Positions 38,231 through 48,123 of a stretch of DNA of 64,000 nucleotides are shown piece after piece. Made by a program: the position numbers and the translations under genes. The notes beneath the pieces were generated by a model, which made no database searches, had not been told where the DNA came from, and worked only from the letters and a program-made list of their open reading frames with translations. The stretch is from positions 24,580 to 88,579 of IMG/VR virus record IMGVR_UViG_3300034093_001036; one strand, 5' to 3'. The DNA comes from a virus. The stretch's first letter is position 1, and the number at the start of each line of letters is the position of its first letter.

Positions 38231-40948
38231 TTATGCTGTGAGATCTCCAACAACAACCCAAGAGTCTGTTGCTCTCTTCATTAATGTTGCTGATGACCAC
38301 TGTGTACGAAGTTTTAATCCTGGAGTTGCATTAACTGTTACTCCTACTGCTCCAGCAATTGTTACTTGTCCCGCACCAGTTTGAAGGATATCAATTGATG
38401 ATCCTATTGGAAAGGCTGTTGTTGCATTTGTTGGAATTGTAACTGTTACTCCAGTAGCAGAAGAAACTTCAATTAATGAATCTCTTTCATTAAGTGCTGC
38501 AAGTGTGTAGCCTGCTGTTTTTTGTATAATTGTTGTACGTGATGGAACGCCTTCTTTTGTTTGTGTTCCATCTGTGAATTGTACTCCGCCTGCTGGAACA
38601 GTTATTCCTACGCCAGTAAATATTGGGGAAGCAAGTGGTGCATATGTATTTGCTGCTGTTGATGAAGCAAGTTTTAGGTCTAAAGCAGTTTGTGTAGCAG
38701 TTGAAACTGGCTTGTTAGCGTCGGAAGTATTTTCTACGTTTCCAAGACCAACCATTGTTGCTGAAATACCTGAAACTGTTCCACTAAATGCTGGGGAACT
38801 AAGTGGTGCATACCCTGAAATGCTTGCGCCTGTAGGAATTGTTACTTCTCCAGTAAATGTTGGTGAGGCTAGTGGTGCATACCCTGAAATGCTTGCGCCT
38901 GCAGGAATTGTTACTGATCCAGTAAATGTTGGTGCATGCAATGGTGCCTTATAACCAAGTACTGTGTGTGTAGCAGTTGAAACTGGCTTATCTGCATCTG
39001 CTGTATTATCAACAGATCCTAGGCCTACCATTGACTTTGTTACACCAGACACAGTTCCTGTGAATGTTGGTGAAGCAATTGGTGCCTTAGCAGCAAGGTC
39101 AGATGTTAAACCTGAAATCTTAGACTGTGCAATTGCGGCTGATGCGTTAACGTCTGCGTCTACAATTGTTCCATCAAGTATCAGCGATGAAGTTATTGCC
39201 CCAGTTGAAATAGAAACTTCGTTACCTGATACAGTTACTCCAGTTCCTGCTGTAATTGTTCCTGAACCTGAGAACTGGAATACATCAATGTTATCCGTTC
39301 CAACAACAAATGTTGCAGGGTCTGCAACTACCTGAATCCATCCTGTTCCAGCGTTTGTTCCATCTTGTACGAATATGTATGCGCCTGGAATCTCTGATGC
39401 TTCATCACAATATGTACAACGAGTAAGAACATATGGTGTTGATGCAGATCCCATGTCTGAAACATAGTATCTACCATTTTGAGCCTTATTGGTTTGATTC
39501 TTTACAAGAATACCCTTGTAAAGTGCCCAACCTGATGCGCCACCTGATTCTGCAGGAAATGCTCCATTGGTGTTATGTGTAAGAGTTGCTCCTACACCTG
39601 CTGTACCATTATTGTATGTAGCATCAATATTTGCTGTTGTTGCTCCAAGAACCTGTGGCTTTGCAATAACTCCTGATGCTGTATTATCAACATACTGCTT
39701 AGTTGCTGCATGTAGTGATGATGATGGATCTGCAGAAAGTGTAAGTGCTCCTGTCATTGTACCGCCAGCAAGCGCTAACTTAGAAGATAGGTCGTCAGTA
39801 AGTCCTGAAATCTTTGATTGTGCAATTGCTGCAGACTCATTAATGTCTGCGTTTACGATTGCTCCATCAAGGATCATTCCTGAAGTAACTGTTCCAGTTG
39901 GTAGAGTTACTGTTCCTGTAAATGTTGGAGAAGCAAGATTTGCCTTTAGATCAAGTGCTGCTTGTGCAGCAGTTGAAACTGGCTTGTTAACATCAGATGT
40001 GTTGTCTACGTTTCCAAGATCAACCATTGCCTTTGTAATACCAGAAACTGTACCTGTAAATGTAGGTGAAGCAAGTGGTGACTTTAGATCAAGTGCTGTT
40101 TGAGTATCACTAGATATTGGCTTATTTGCATCAGAAGTATTATCTGCATCTGCAAGTCCAACCATATCTTTTGTAACTGCACCAGTTGCAATTTTAGCAT
40201 TTGTAACTGCTTGATCTGCAATTTTTGCAGTAGTTACTGCTTCTGCTCCAATTTTTCCTGCTGTAACTGCTGTATCGGCAATGTCTGCTGTCACAATAGT
40301 TCCTTCAGCAATCATTCCACTTGTAACTGTTCCTGATGGAAGATTTACTGTACCAATAAATGTTGGTGAATCAAGGTTTGCCTTAAAATCAAGGGCTGTT
40401 TGAGTTGCTGTTGAAACTGGCTTATTAGCATCTGTTGTATTGTTAACTGATCCTAAGCCAACATCTGACGCTGTTATTCCTAAAGGAGTTACAAAAGTTT
40501 TGTTAGTTAATGTTTGTGTTCCTGATAGTGTTGCAAGAACTAGCGTGTCTGTAATACCATGAACATTTGATGTATCTGTATTATGGTTTGAAAGAATTGT
40601 TGTTGTTACTAAATCTGCTGTATTTGTAATACCATGGATATCAGTTGTGTCTGTAGCATGGTTTGTCAAGTTTGTTGCTATTGTTGTTAAGAATGCTGGG
40701 TTGTCTCCCATGGCTGCTGCTAATTCATTAAGTGTATCAAGAGTTGCTGGTAAATCAATTCCAGAAAGACCACCCAAGATTGACTCTGCATCTGTAAAGT
40801 ACTTGAGGGATGCCCATGCAGAAGAACCGTTACCTACTTTAAATTTAACTGTGTCGGTTTCAAAACCAATTTCTCCTGCTGCCAAAGTTGGGTTTGCAGC
40901 CGTCCATTGCGCTGCTGTTCCTCTGCGCTGTTGCATTCTTGTTGCCAT
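38231..40948 (-). CDS. Tail fibre-like protein with Mtd/hyaluronidase-type N-terminal domain
   Basis: N-terminus MQQRRGTAAQWTAANPTLAAGEIGFETDT.KFKVG, about five GLGNVDNTSD.NKPVSTATQTALDLKA repeats and many ASPTFTG repeats. Confidence 0.8.
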   Translation of the reverse strand: MATRMQQRRGTAAQWTAANPTLAAGEIGFETDTVKFKVGNGSSAWASLKYFTDAESILGGLSGIDLPATLDTLNELAAAMGDNPAFLTTIATNLTNHATDTTDIHGITNTADLVTTTILSNHNTDTSNVHGITDTLVLATLSGTQTLTNKTFVTPLGITASDVGLGSVNNTTDANKPVSTATQTALDFKANLDSPTFIGTVNLPSGTVTSGMIAEGTIVTADIADTAVTAGKIGAEAVTTAKIADQAVTNAKIATGAVTKDMVGLADADNTSDANKPISSDTQTALDLKSPLASPTFTGTVSGITKAMVDLGNVDNTSDVNKPVSTAAQAALDLKANLASPTFTGTVTLPTGTVTSGMILDGAIVNADINESAAIAQSKISGLTDDLSSKLALAGGTMTGALTLSADPSSSLHAATKQYVDNTASGVIAKPQVLGATTANIDATYNNGTAGVGATLTHNTNGAFPAESGGASGWALYKGILVKNQTNKAQNGRYYVSDMGSASTPYVLTRCTYCDEASEIPGAYIFVQDGTNAGTGWIQVVADPATFVVGTDNIDVFQFSGSGTITAGTGVTVSGNEVSISTGAITSSLILDGTIVDADVNASAAIAQSKISGLTSDLAAKAPIASPTFTGTVSGVTKSMVGLGSVDNTADADKPVSTATHTVLGYKAPLHAPTFTGSVTIPAGASISGYAPLASPTFTGEVTIPTGASISGYAPLSSPAFSGTVSGISATMVGLGNVENTSDANKPVSTATQTALDLKLASSTAANTYAPLASPIFTGVGITVPAGGVQFTDGTQTKEGVPSRTTIIQKTAGYTLAALNERDSLIEVSSATGVTVTIPTNATTAFPIGSSIDILQTGAGQVTIAGAVGVTVNATPGLKLRTQWSSATLMKRATDSWVVVGDLTA

Positions 40949-41007
40949 ATTTTATTTCTCCTTTATGGGGGCTGCCCATTAACTTATCTTATTATAACAC
41001 CCAATTT

Positions 41008-41457
41008 TTAATTGAAGTTATCTACTACACTACCGCCATCGAATACAACTGTCCACTCTGTTGAAGAGGGGCTGCCTGCATCCAAACCTACACCCAATGG
41101 GCTATTGAATGATCCACCTTCATAGAACTGGGATACTATGAAACCAGTTCCATCAATTGCGGTATCGTGAATATGTTGTGGTAAATTATTTGTATCATCA
41201 ATAGTGGCCTGGGTATACCATGCTCCATCATAATAGAAATTAACTCTGTTTGTTGCAGTGTCTAACCACATTGTTCCATTAGTTGGTGAAGAGGGAGCAG
41301 TAGAGCCTACGGCCATTGAACGACTATCGACATACTCCTTGGTTGCTGCGTGGGCATTGATAGTAGGAGTTCCTACTGTTACTGCGCCTCCGAATGTACC
41401 GCCGTTTGCTACGACTAATCCATTCTTGACCTTGAAGTCTTTATCGACTATTGCCAT
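41008..41457 (-). CDS. Small fibre-associated virion protein
   Basis: 149 aa; N-terminal DKDFKVKNGL shared with the neighbour, plus HAATKEYVD and APSSPTNGTMWLDT. Confidence 0.6.
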   Translation of the reverse strand: MAIVDKDFKVKNGLVVANGGTFGGAVTVGTPTINAHAATKEYVDSRSMAVGSTAPSSPTNGTMWLDTATNRVNFYYDGAWYTQATIDDTNNLPQHIHDTAIDGTGFIVSQFYEGGSFNSPLGVGLDAGSPSSTEWTVVFDGGSVVDNFN

Positions 41458-41492
41458 TTACTACTCCTTCTTCCAACTATTTTTATTTTTTA

Positions 41493-43559
41493 TTAAACTA
41501 GAAGTGTTCCCATAACAGTAACTGTTGAGTCATTGTTAGCGGTTGTTACCTGTAGTTGTACGTTTGCTCCTGAAATACCTGCTGAAATTGATGACGCTGA
41601 GCCATTTGTTCCAACAATTCCGTATTCAGTGATTGCAATGTTATCTGAAGAGTCAAGTGTCAAAAGGACCTTTGATATTTCAGTATGTGTTCCGTAGGCA
41701 ACCTTTACAAGGTATTCTGCTGAACGGTAGTCAGCCTTTGCGAAGGCGTGTGCTACTTGAATTCCTGCTGTAGGTGCTGAAAGTGTTGCTGCAACCTGCT
41801 TAGCAACTGAGTTTAACTCAACTGCTGTGAAGTTTGGAACAACTGCTTCAAGAGCGTCTACTGCTCTTTGTGCTGTGAAGTAAAGGTTATTTGCTCCACC
41901 AGCACCAGTATTGTCTGTTCCTTCTGCAAGATCATTAGTATCAGAATCTGCTACACCGTTTTCTGCGGTAATAGTAAGTCCTGAACCTGTGCCTGAGATT
42001 GTAATATTTGTTAGTGTTGCACCAGTCAAAAGGGCTGCTGCTGAAGTCTTGGCACGAGCATCTGTAAAGTAAAGGTTTGTTGAGCCCTCTTCAATATCAT
42101 CTGTGTCAATAAGATCAATCTGATCTTCAATTGTTCCACCAACAGCGTCAATTGCTCGCTGGTTTGTGAAGTAGAGGTTTGCTGAACCTTCTGCTACATC
42201 GTCTGTTATAAGGCTGTTTGCTACATCAGTTGCTGCTTGCTGTGCAATACTAATTTCTGTTGCTGTCTTATATGCTGACCAAACCTCTGTTGAAAGGTTT
42301 GATGCATCATTGATCAAGTCATCTGCATAGTCCTTAGCATCTTGCTCTGCATCATCAGCATATGACTCATAAGCAGTTGTTATTGCTGTCTCACGGCCAT
42401 CTGTGTAAGAATTTGCATCAGATTCTGCTGTATTAGCATAACCCTGTGCTGTTGTAAGAGCAGTTGTAATTTCTCCATCTACATAACCCTTATTTGCTGC
42501 ATCAGTTGAAGATGTTGGTGCTCCAAGGCTTGTAACCTTATTTGTTCCACCAAAGTCAAGGTTTCCGCTCATGCTGTCGCCAGCCTTTGCTACCTTTTCT
42601 CCAATTGATGTTGTAACTGTTGTAATAAAGTCTTCGTCATCACCAATTGCTTGGGCCAACTCATTAAGAGTGTCTAGCAGTTCTGGTGCTCCGTTAATTA
42701 AGTCTGCAACTGCTGTATCAACGTATGACTTTGTTGCTGCATCTTGGTTTGCTGAAGGATTTAGAAGACCAGATACCTTGTAACCACCAGCAGCAAGATC
42801 GCTACCAAGTGTCTTATTAGAAAGTGTCTGTGTATCTGTTGTACCAACAACATTACCAGTTACTCCGTGTGCTGAAGTGTCTAATTCGTGTGTTGAAAGA
42901 TCTCCTGCTACTGTACCAACAATTCCATCAGCATAAGACTTTGCATCAGCCTCTGCTGTGTCTGCGTATGATTCATAAGCAGTTGTAATTAATCCTTCAC
43001 GAGTATCTGTGTAAGCCTTAGCATCTACTTCTGCTTGGTCAGCGTATGCTTCATAAGCAGTTGTAATTAATCCTTCACGAGTATCTGTGTAAGCCTTAGC
43101 ATCTACTTCTGCTTGGTCAGCGTATGCTTCATAAGCAGTTGTAATTAATCCTTCACGAGCATCTGTGTAATCTTCAGCGTTTGATTGTGCTGTTGCTGCT
43201 GCTCCAACTGTATCCCAAAGACCAGTGTTAGCATCAATCGCTCTCTGGTTTGTAAAATACTTATTTGTTGCATTTTCTGCAAGGTCTGCAGTGTCATGGT
43301 TTGAAAGTGAAGAAACTGTTCCAGTTACGTTACCAATCAAGTCTGCTGTAATATCACCAGCAGCAAAATCTCCATTAGCATCACGCTTTACAACTGTGTT
43401 TGCTGTGTTAGCAGATGTTGCTGTACCACCAATAAGATCAATAATATAATTTTGATCTGCTGTTTTCTTTGTAAGAACGTCAAAACCGTTAACTGTCGCT
43501 GTTGTACCTTCAACGATTAAACCACTCTTAATTTTAAAATCTTTATTTACTGTTGCCAT
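41493..43559 (-). CDS. Fibre-like virion protein
   Basis: 688 aa with EG..NLYFT..RA repeats, DAATKSYVD, LDTLNELA and 26-aa tandem repeats. Confidence 0.75.
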   Translation of the reverse strand: MATVNKDFKIKSGLIVEGTTATVNGFDVLTKKTADQNYIIDLIGGTATSANTANTVVKRDANGDFAAGDITADLIGNVTGTVSSLSNHDTADLAENATNKYFTNQRAIDANTGLWDTVGAAATAQSNAEDYTDAREGLITTAYEAYADQAEVDAKAYTDTREGLITTAYEAYADQAEVDAKAYTDTREGLITTAYESYADTAEADAKSYADGIVGTVAGDLSTHELDTSAHGVTGNVVGTTDTQTLSNKTLGSDLAAGGYKVSGLLNPSANQDAATKSYVDTAVADLINGAPELLDTLNELAQAIGDDEDFITTVTTSIGEKVAKAGDSMSGNLDFGGTNKVTSLGAPTSSTDAANKGYVDGEITTALTTAQGYANTAESDANSYTDGRETAITTAYESYADDAEQDAKDYADDLINDASNLSTEVWSAYKTATEISIAQQAATDVANSLITDDVAEGSANLYFTNQRAIDAVGGTIEDQIDLIDTDDIEEGSTNLYFTDARAKTSAAALLTGATLTNITISGTGSGLTITAENGVADSDTNDLAEGTDNTGAGGANNLYFTAQRAVDALEAVVPNFTAVELNSVAKQVAATLSAPTAGIQVAHAFAKADYRSAEYLVKVAYGTHTEISKVLLTLDSSDNIAITEYGIVGTNGSASSISAGISGANVQLQVTTANNDSTVTVMGTLLV
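42940..43170 (-). repeat. Three tandem 78-nt repeats encoding YTDTREGLITTAYEAYADQAEVDAKA
   Basis: Near-identical DNA copies visible (ataagcagttgtaattaatccttcacgag). Confidence 0.9.
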
Positions 43560-43577
43560 TTTTTATATCTCCTTTTA

Positions 43578-44024
43578 TTACGCCTTAAGTCCAATTCGTG
43601 CGTAACGAACTGTGACTGGCTTGATCGCAGGATCTGGAGTGACTGTAATAGCCACGGTATTTCCAGTGCGAGAGACATCAATGGTGCCAATATTCCCATC
43701 ATTGTCGATAGTGCCGTACTCGCTGACTGATACATTTGTACCGTCAACAAGAATTGTTAATTCAGTTGCATAGAACTTGTTGTCCCCTGCAGAGGTCTTT
43801 GATATTGAAATAATATACTTGACCATGCGCCAAACTGTAGCATCAAAGTTATCAATGACAGTTACATTTTCAATGCCGTTGACTTCATTTTCGTTGTTAC
43901 CCTTTGATCCCAAATCTGTTGCTTGGGCTGAAGCGGTATCAATTAAGTCTACGTAATTTTCTTGAGTTGGTCTATCACCTGTTTGGAATAAACCTTTTAC
44001 ATCTGAAATTGATATTTTAGCCAT
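43578..44024 (-). CDS. Virion protein similar to the C-terminal domain of 41493-43559
   Basis: FQTGDRPTQENYVDLIDT; KY.I....TEL....DG....SEYG resembles EYLV....SKV....D.....TEYG in the neighbour. Confidence 0.65.
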   Translation of the reverse strand: MAKISISDVKGLFQTGDRPTQENYVDLIDTASAQATDLGSKGNNENEVNGIENVTVIDNFDATVWRMVKYIISISKTSAGDNKFYATELTILVDGTNVSVSEYGTIDNDGNIGTIDVSRTGNTVAITVTPDPAIKPVTVRYARIGLKA

Positions 44025-44056
44025 GTGGTAATTATATCACCCTTTTAATTATCTAA

Positions 44057-44281
44057 TTAGAGAATATAGTTGCTGTAGCCAATAACCTGTAGTGGGATTG
44101 CTGGAGTATTACCTAAACCAATAGCCACAATCTGAATGGCTGAAAACTTAACTCTAAAAGGAAGTATATCTGTAATCAAAGTGTTTCTTGTAAAGTCTTC
44201 TACCTGAATTAATGGATAGTCAATAGGAAAAATTTGTTTTGTTTTGCCGTTAAGTTTATCAAGTATTAATGCTGTGGCCAT
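44057..44281 (-). CDS. Hypothetical protein
   Basis: 74 aa, TAATG-coupled to the upstream gene. Confidence 0.7.
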   Translation of the reverse strand: MATALILDKLNGKTKQIFPIDYPLIQVEDFTRNTLITDILPFRVKFSAIQIVAIGLGNTPAIPLQVIGYSNYIL

Positions 44282-44691
44282 TAATCTGTTACATCTTCAA
44301 GAATTTTTAGGCTACCCTGAGCAACCGTCCAAACTCTTGTAGGGTCTGACACTTGAATGTCAAAGATGTCTCCTGTTTGAAGTTGTACTGACTCTGCTGC
44401 TGTTAGCCAAACTGTAAACTCTCCAACTAGGTCATCTTCATCTGCAACTGGATATAAATTTAAAACTAGTGTCGCAGCATCTGTAATAATTCCAGGGGTT
44501 GAAGTAGGTCTTTTAATCTTCATAGCAATATCCCATTCAGATCCCGCGCCTTTTAGGATCAAAGGAACTTTAGCATCATCTGTTACATAAACCTTAAACC
44601 CAGAAGTATCTCCACGAACTACAGTCCAAATAACTGTTGGCGGTGCATTGCCAATATCGTATGATGTTTGAGATCCTCTTAAAGTTGCCAT
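44281..44691 (-). CDS. BppU-N-like beta-sandwich virion protein
   Basis: WTVVRGDTS...FDIQV....WTVAQG; paralog of 53654-54034 and 51241-51696. Confidence 0.55.
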   Translation of the reverse strand: MATLRGSQTSYDIGNAPPTVIWTVVRGDTSGFKVYVTDDAKVPLILKGAGSEWDIAMKIKRPTSTPGIITDAATLVLNLYPVADEDDLVGEFTVWLTAAESVQLQTGDIFDIQVSDPTRVWTVAQGSLKILEDVTD

Positions 44692-44702
44692 AGTTTATTA
44701 TA

Positions 44703-45239
44703 TCACGACAGGCCGTCTTTGAGAGCGCCCCAAGTGCCGTTTCCTTTTGTTTGAACTATTAACATACCGCTAACTGACTGAATGGCAACAACGGCTACAT
44801 ATCTTGCTGGTCCTGTACTTGGACGGGTTGAAACAAGTGTTCCACTTTCATCAACATAAACCCTTGTGCCAGGAAGACCAAGACCTGTTGTATTCATTTC
44901 TAAAACACCAGAAACAATTACAAGCCCATTTGTATTATTTGCAATACTGCTTTTTACTAACCCTAATATTGGAATATCTGGATTGTGAGATACACTTGAT
45001 GGATTATATTTTTCTATTAATGATTTTCCACTAAGACTTCCGCTAATAAAAACTGGTGTACCAGTATCAATTGCTGCTCCTGTAGTATTTCTAGCATCAA
45101 GATATGCTGCGCCATAGCCTAGTGGAGGCAAAATATCATTTAAAGCATCAACTAATACTTTAAAGTCTCCGTGTACGTTCACGGGATCAGAAGCAATAGG
45201 ATATTTCATAGTAGGATAATTAGATGATGATTGCGCCAT
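44703..45239 (-). CDS. Putative capsid decoration/cement-like protein
   Basis: 178 aa with IDTGTPVFISG, GLVIVSG and GTRVYV; leaderless start. Confidence 0.5.
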   Translation of the reverse strand: MAQSSSNYPTMKYPIASDPVNVHGDFKVLVDALNDILPPLGYGAAYLDARNTTGAAIDTGTPVFISGSLSGKSLIEKYNPSSVSHNPDIPILGLVKSSIANNTNGLVIVSGVLEMNTTGLGLPGTRVYVDESGTLVSTRPSTGPARYVAVVAIQSVSGMLIVQTKGNGTWGALKDGLS

Positions 45240-45265
45240 AATTTCTATTATACCACCCTCTAAAG

Positions 45266-45295
45266 TTGACTTTTGACAAATTTTTATGTTATACT
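45266..45295 (+). promoter_or_regulatory. Sigma70/SigA-type promoter for the lysozyme-like gene
   Basis: TTGACT-18 nt-TATACT with TG extension and an internal TGACA. Confidence 0.7.
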
Positions 45296-45342
45296 AGTAA
45301 GTAACACCTACCAAGGTGTTGTTGTTTTCTAAGGAGGAAACT

Positions 45343-45906
45343 ATGATTAAATTTATCGAAAGAAACAAAGAGATCATTAGCACACTCAGTATCGTAGCAC
45401 TAGTAACAGTTATGTCTAATTCTGCTAATGCTATTTCAGATTTTGATACTAAGAATAACCTTAGCCTGAAACAGGCTCAGACATCGGAAACCACCTCGAA
45501 AGAGGTTTTTTTGGTTTCTAAAGCAAAAAAGTTAGAGAGTTTTGAAAATAAGGTTTCTCTAACAGATTTAGAACTAAAGGAACTGCTTTCCCTAGTTGGC
45601 TTCAAGGGTAAAGACCTTGTTGTGGCTTGGGCAGTAGCAAAGAAAGAATCTAATGGACGACCATTGGCCTTTAATGGCAATCACAAGACTGGGGATTCGT
45701 CTTATGGTATGTTCCAAATTAATATGATTGATACACTTGGTCCTGATCGTAGGGACAAGTTTGATCTTGACTCTAACGCTGAATTATTTAATCCCGTCAA
45801 GAATGCTGAAATTGCATACTACATGACAAAGGGTGGGGACGACTGGTCTTCTTGGAAAGGCATCACTCCAAAGACTAAGGAATGGATGGCTAAGTTTCCT
45901 CGCTAA
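45343..45906 (+). CDS. Lytic transglycosylase/lysozyme-like protein with N-terminal signal or anchor
   Basis: ATG 45343 after AAGGAGG; hydrophobic N-terminus; AVAKKES, YGMFQIN, LFNP..NA and WSSW motifs. Confidence 0.82.
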   Translation: MIKFIERNKEIISTLSIVALVTVMSNSANAISDFDTKNNLSLKQAQTSETTSKEVFLVSKAKKLESFENKVSLTDLELKELLSLVGFKGKDLVVAWAVAKKESNGRPLAFNGNHKTGDSSYGMFQINMIDTLGPDRRDKFDLDSNAELFNPVKNAEIAYYMTKGGDDWSSWKGITPKTKEWMAKFPR

Positions 45907-46856
45907 TTCCTTCTTGGTGGCATGCCAAGTGCCCTAGGCTCAACTACAACATGTGAACTGTAGTTTGGAATAAAGTCTGTGTATTTTGTGTCTATACCAG
46001 ACTCTTTAAGAAAATTGTAAACTTTTTCTTTTGGAATTTCTAATTGACCAGACATTAGCATAGACAGTCTATTAGTTGATTCTTCAACATGGCTCCAGTA
46101 GTGTTCTTTTCTGCCGTCTGCCCAAGGCCTAAGCGTTTCTCTTGTTACAGATCCATTTGCCTGTCCATGCGACTGATTGTGAAAAACATCCCTTGTGCCA
46201 ATAGAGTAAATTTTCCAATCTTTTGCATAAGTTCTTAAAGATAAAGCAAACTCTTCAGTATTGAATGATTCTTTACCGCTAATACCAACTTCATCAATCC
46301 ATTGCTTGGGTGCAAAAAGGTAACAACATGTAGCCCAATACGAACGAACTATTTCCTCTATTTCTAAAACCCTGTATCCTGGAAACTGAAATCCTGGAAC
46401 TAAATTATTAAATAAAAATCCATACAGTGATACTTTACAGTCTGTAACAAAATTAATTGACCCGTCTGACATTATTTTATACTCTGCTGGGGCATATGCA
46501 ATAATAAATTTTTCATTATTAATATTTAATTTTTCATATCTTTCAACAGCAAACCTATCCCATTCTGGTGCTGCATAGGTGTGTGAATCAAACTGTATAA
46601 AATAGTTATAATCTACATTAACTTGAGTTGCCAAGTTTCTAGCCCAACAGACACCACCCCTATACTCTGAAAGATCAAAGTGCCTATATAATAACTGTTC
46701 TTTTGGTATAAAAGATAAATCATATTTAGTATTATCTTCTGAAACTATAGAAAAATACAGATCCTCTTTATTTTTTGCCTGATGCCACAAAGAAAACATT
46801 GTAGAATAAAACTCTGGGTCACAATAATTGACAACACTAACTAATATTTTTTTCAT
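45903..46856 (-). CDS. GT60-like glycosyltransferase (Skp1 hydroxyproline GlcNAc-transferase family)
   Basis: ILVSVVNYCDPE, GVCWARN, YFIQFDSH...WD and EEFALSLR motifs. Confidence 0.78.
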   Translation of the reverse strand: MKKILVSVVNYCDPEFYSTMFSLWHQAKNKEDLYFSIVSEDNTKYDLSFIPKEQLLYRHFDLSEYRGGVCWARNLATQVNVDYNYFIQFDSHTYAAPEWDRFAVERYEKLNINNEKFIIAYAPAEYKIMSDGSINFVTDCKVSLYGFLFNNLVPGFQFPGYRVLEIEEIVRSYWATCCYLFAPKQWIDEVGISGKESFNTEEFALSLRTYAKDWKIYSIGTRDVFHNQSHGQANGSVTRETLRPWADGRKEHYWSHVEESTNRLSMLMSGQLEIPKEKVYNFLKESGIDTKYTDFIPNYSSHVVVEPRALGMPPRRN

Positions 46857-47413
46857 CCCTTATTTCTTATTCCAGTATATAAATGTTGTGGGCCTTTTGT
46901 AAAAAACCAATGATCTGGCTCTACATAAAAGAAAAAAGCATTTGCAACTAGGTTATTCTTTGGGTCAGGGAATTCCTCTCTCCAGTGTTGTTGATCATTC
47001 CCGTATGAAATAACCATATCATTTTCTTCTGGTTGAAACTTTATTCCTTCAACATAAAAATCCCAAGGTGTTTTATGAAAAATTGTATAATTCATATGGT
47101 ATGTACAAGCATTATCATCAACATGTTTCCAAAGTCTAGCCTTTTCTCCTTCATAGATACTTAATAAACACCAGGAAGGAAGTAATGTTTCTGATTCAAA
47201 TTCTTCTTTTGCCAGTGGTAGAAGCATCTGATGAAATTTTCTAAGTGGTATTATATTTTCTCTATGTGTTCCGTCCCAAATTGCCCATTGATGTCTACCA
47301 AAACCTTCGTCAAATGTACTTTTATCTGTTGACCAAAGATGCATTGCTAGATCTTGTAATTCCTTATGTTCTTTTTCTGGAAGAACGGTTTTTAATAAAT
47401 ATGGCGCTTTCAT
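46853..47413 (-). CDS. 2OG-Fe(II) oxygenase (phage type)
   Basis: SIY......LWKHVDDNAC...DMVISYG..QQHWRE. Confidence 0.78.
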   Translation of the reverse strand: MKAPYLLKTVLPEKEHKELQDLAMHLWSTDKSTFDEGFGRHQWAIWDGTHRENIIPLRKFHQMLLPLAKEEFESETLLPSWCLLSIYEGEKARLWKHVDDNACTYHMNYTIFHKTPWDFYVEGIKFQPEENDMVISYGNDQQHWREEFPDPKNNLVANAFFFYVEPDHWFFTKGPQHLYTGIRNKG

Positions 47414-47925
47414 CGTAGAAAACTAACTACTGCATATTTATCGCCTTCAATAATTGGGGATACTGAGTGATTATAAACATATATAGATGGAAATATAATT
47501 ATTTGATTAGTTTTTGGTTTAAGTTTAATATTAAATCTTGGAAAGTTTATTTCTCCACCAATATAATCATCATTTAAATAATATACAACTGAAACTCTTC
47601 TATGATATTCGGTTCCGTCATCTACATGATTAATAAAACCTTGTCCTGGACTATATTTCATTATTCCGTATACGTCATGCCATTCAGGAAATATCTTATA
47701 ATACTCTTTATAGTCTTTCTCTATTGGATCAAAATGATCAAAGAACAACCTGTTTAATTTTAAAGAAGTTATTTTTTCTAAATCTTCAACTTCTGCATAA
47801 GACCATTTAGGTGTAATCCATTTAGAATCCATCATCAATTTTTGAATTTCTTTATATAAAAAAACATTATCTGGAATTACATTATCATATACAACAATTC
47901 CTGGAGCAATTTCTTCTTTTATCAT
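47410..47925 (-). CDS. 2OG-Fe(II) oxygenase, prolyl 4-hydroxylase-like
   Basis: Likely start ATG 47925 (TAATG overlap); NHVD...YYLNDDYIGGEINF...HSVSPIIEGDKY. Confidence 0.88.
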   Translation of the reverse strand: MIKEEIAPGIVVYDNVIPDNVFLYKEIQKLMMDSKWITPKWSYAEVEDLEKITSLKLNRLFFDHFDPIEKDYKEYYKIFPEWHDVYGIMKYSPGQGFINHVDDGTEYHRRVSVVYYLNDDYIGGEINFPRFNIKLKPKTNQIIIFPSIYVYNHSVSPIIEGDKYAVVSFLR

Positions 47926-48122
47926 TACCATTTTCCTAACGGACACGATGCTGCTTCTAACATTACTTTTGCTTTCATAAAACATCCACATTTTTTACAT
48001 TGTTTTGTTAATTTTATTAGTTCTGGACATTGTTTGCATATATTAAATCTTTGATTAGAGAGATCTGATTCCTTTACATAATTTTTTAAATTAAGCATGT
48101 GTAAAGGATTTACTTCGTTCAT
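47925..48122 (-). CDS. Small Cys-rich protein (DUF6171-like)
   Basis: R..ICKQC......QCKKCGCFMKAK......CPLGKW. Confidence 0.75.
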   Translation of the reverse strand: MNEVNPLHMLNLKNYVKESDLSNQRFNICKQCPELIKLTKQCKKCGCFMKAKVMLEAASCPLGKW

Positions 48123-48123
48123 T

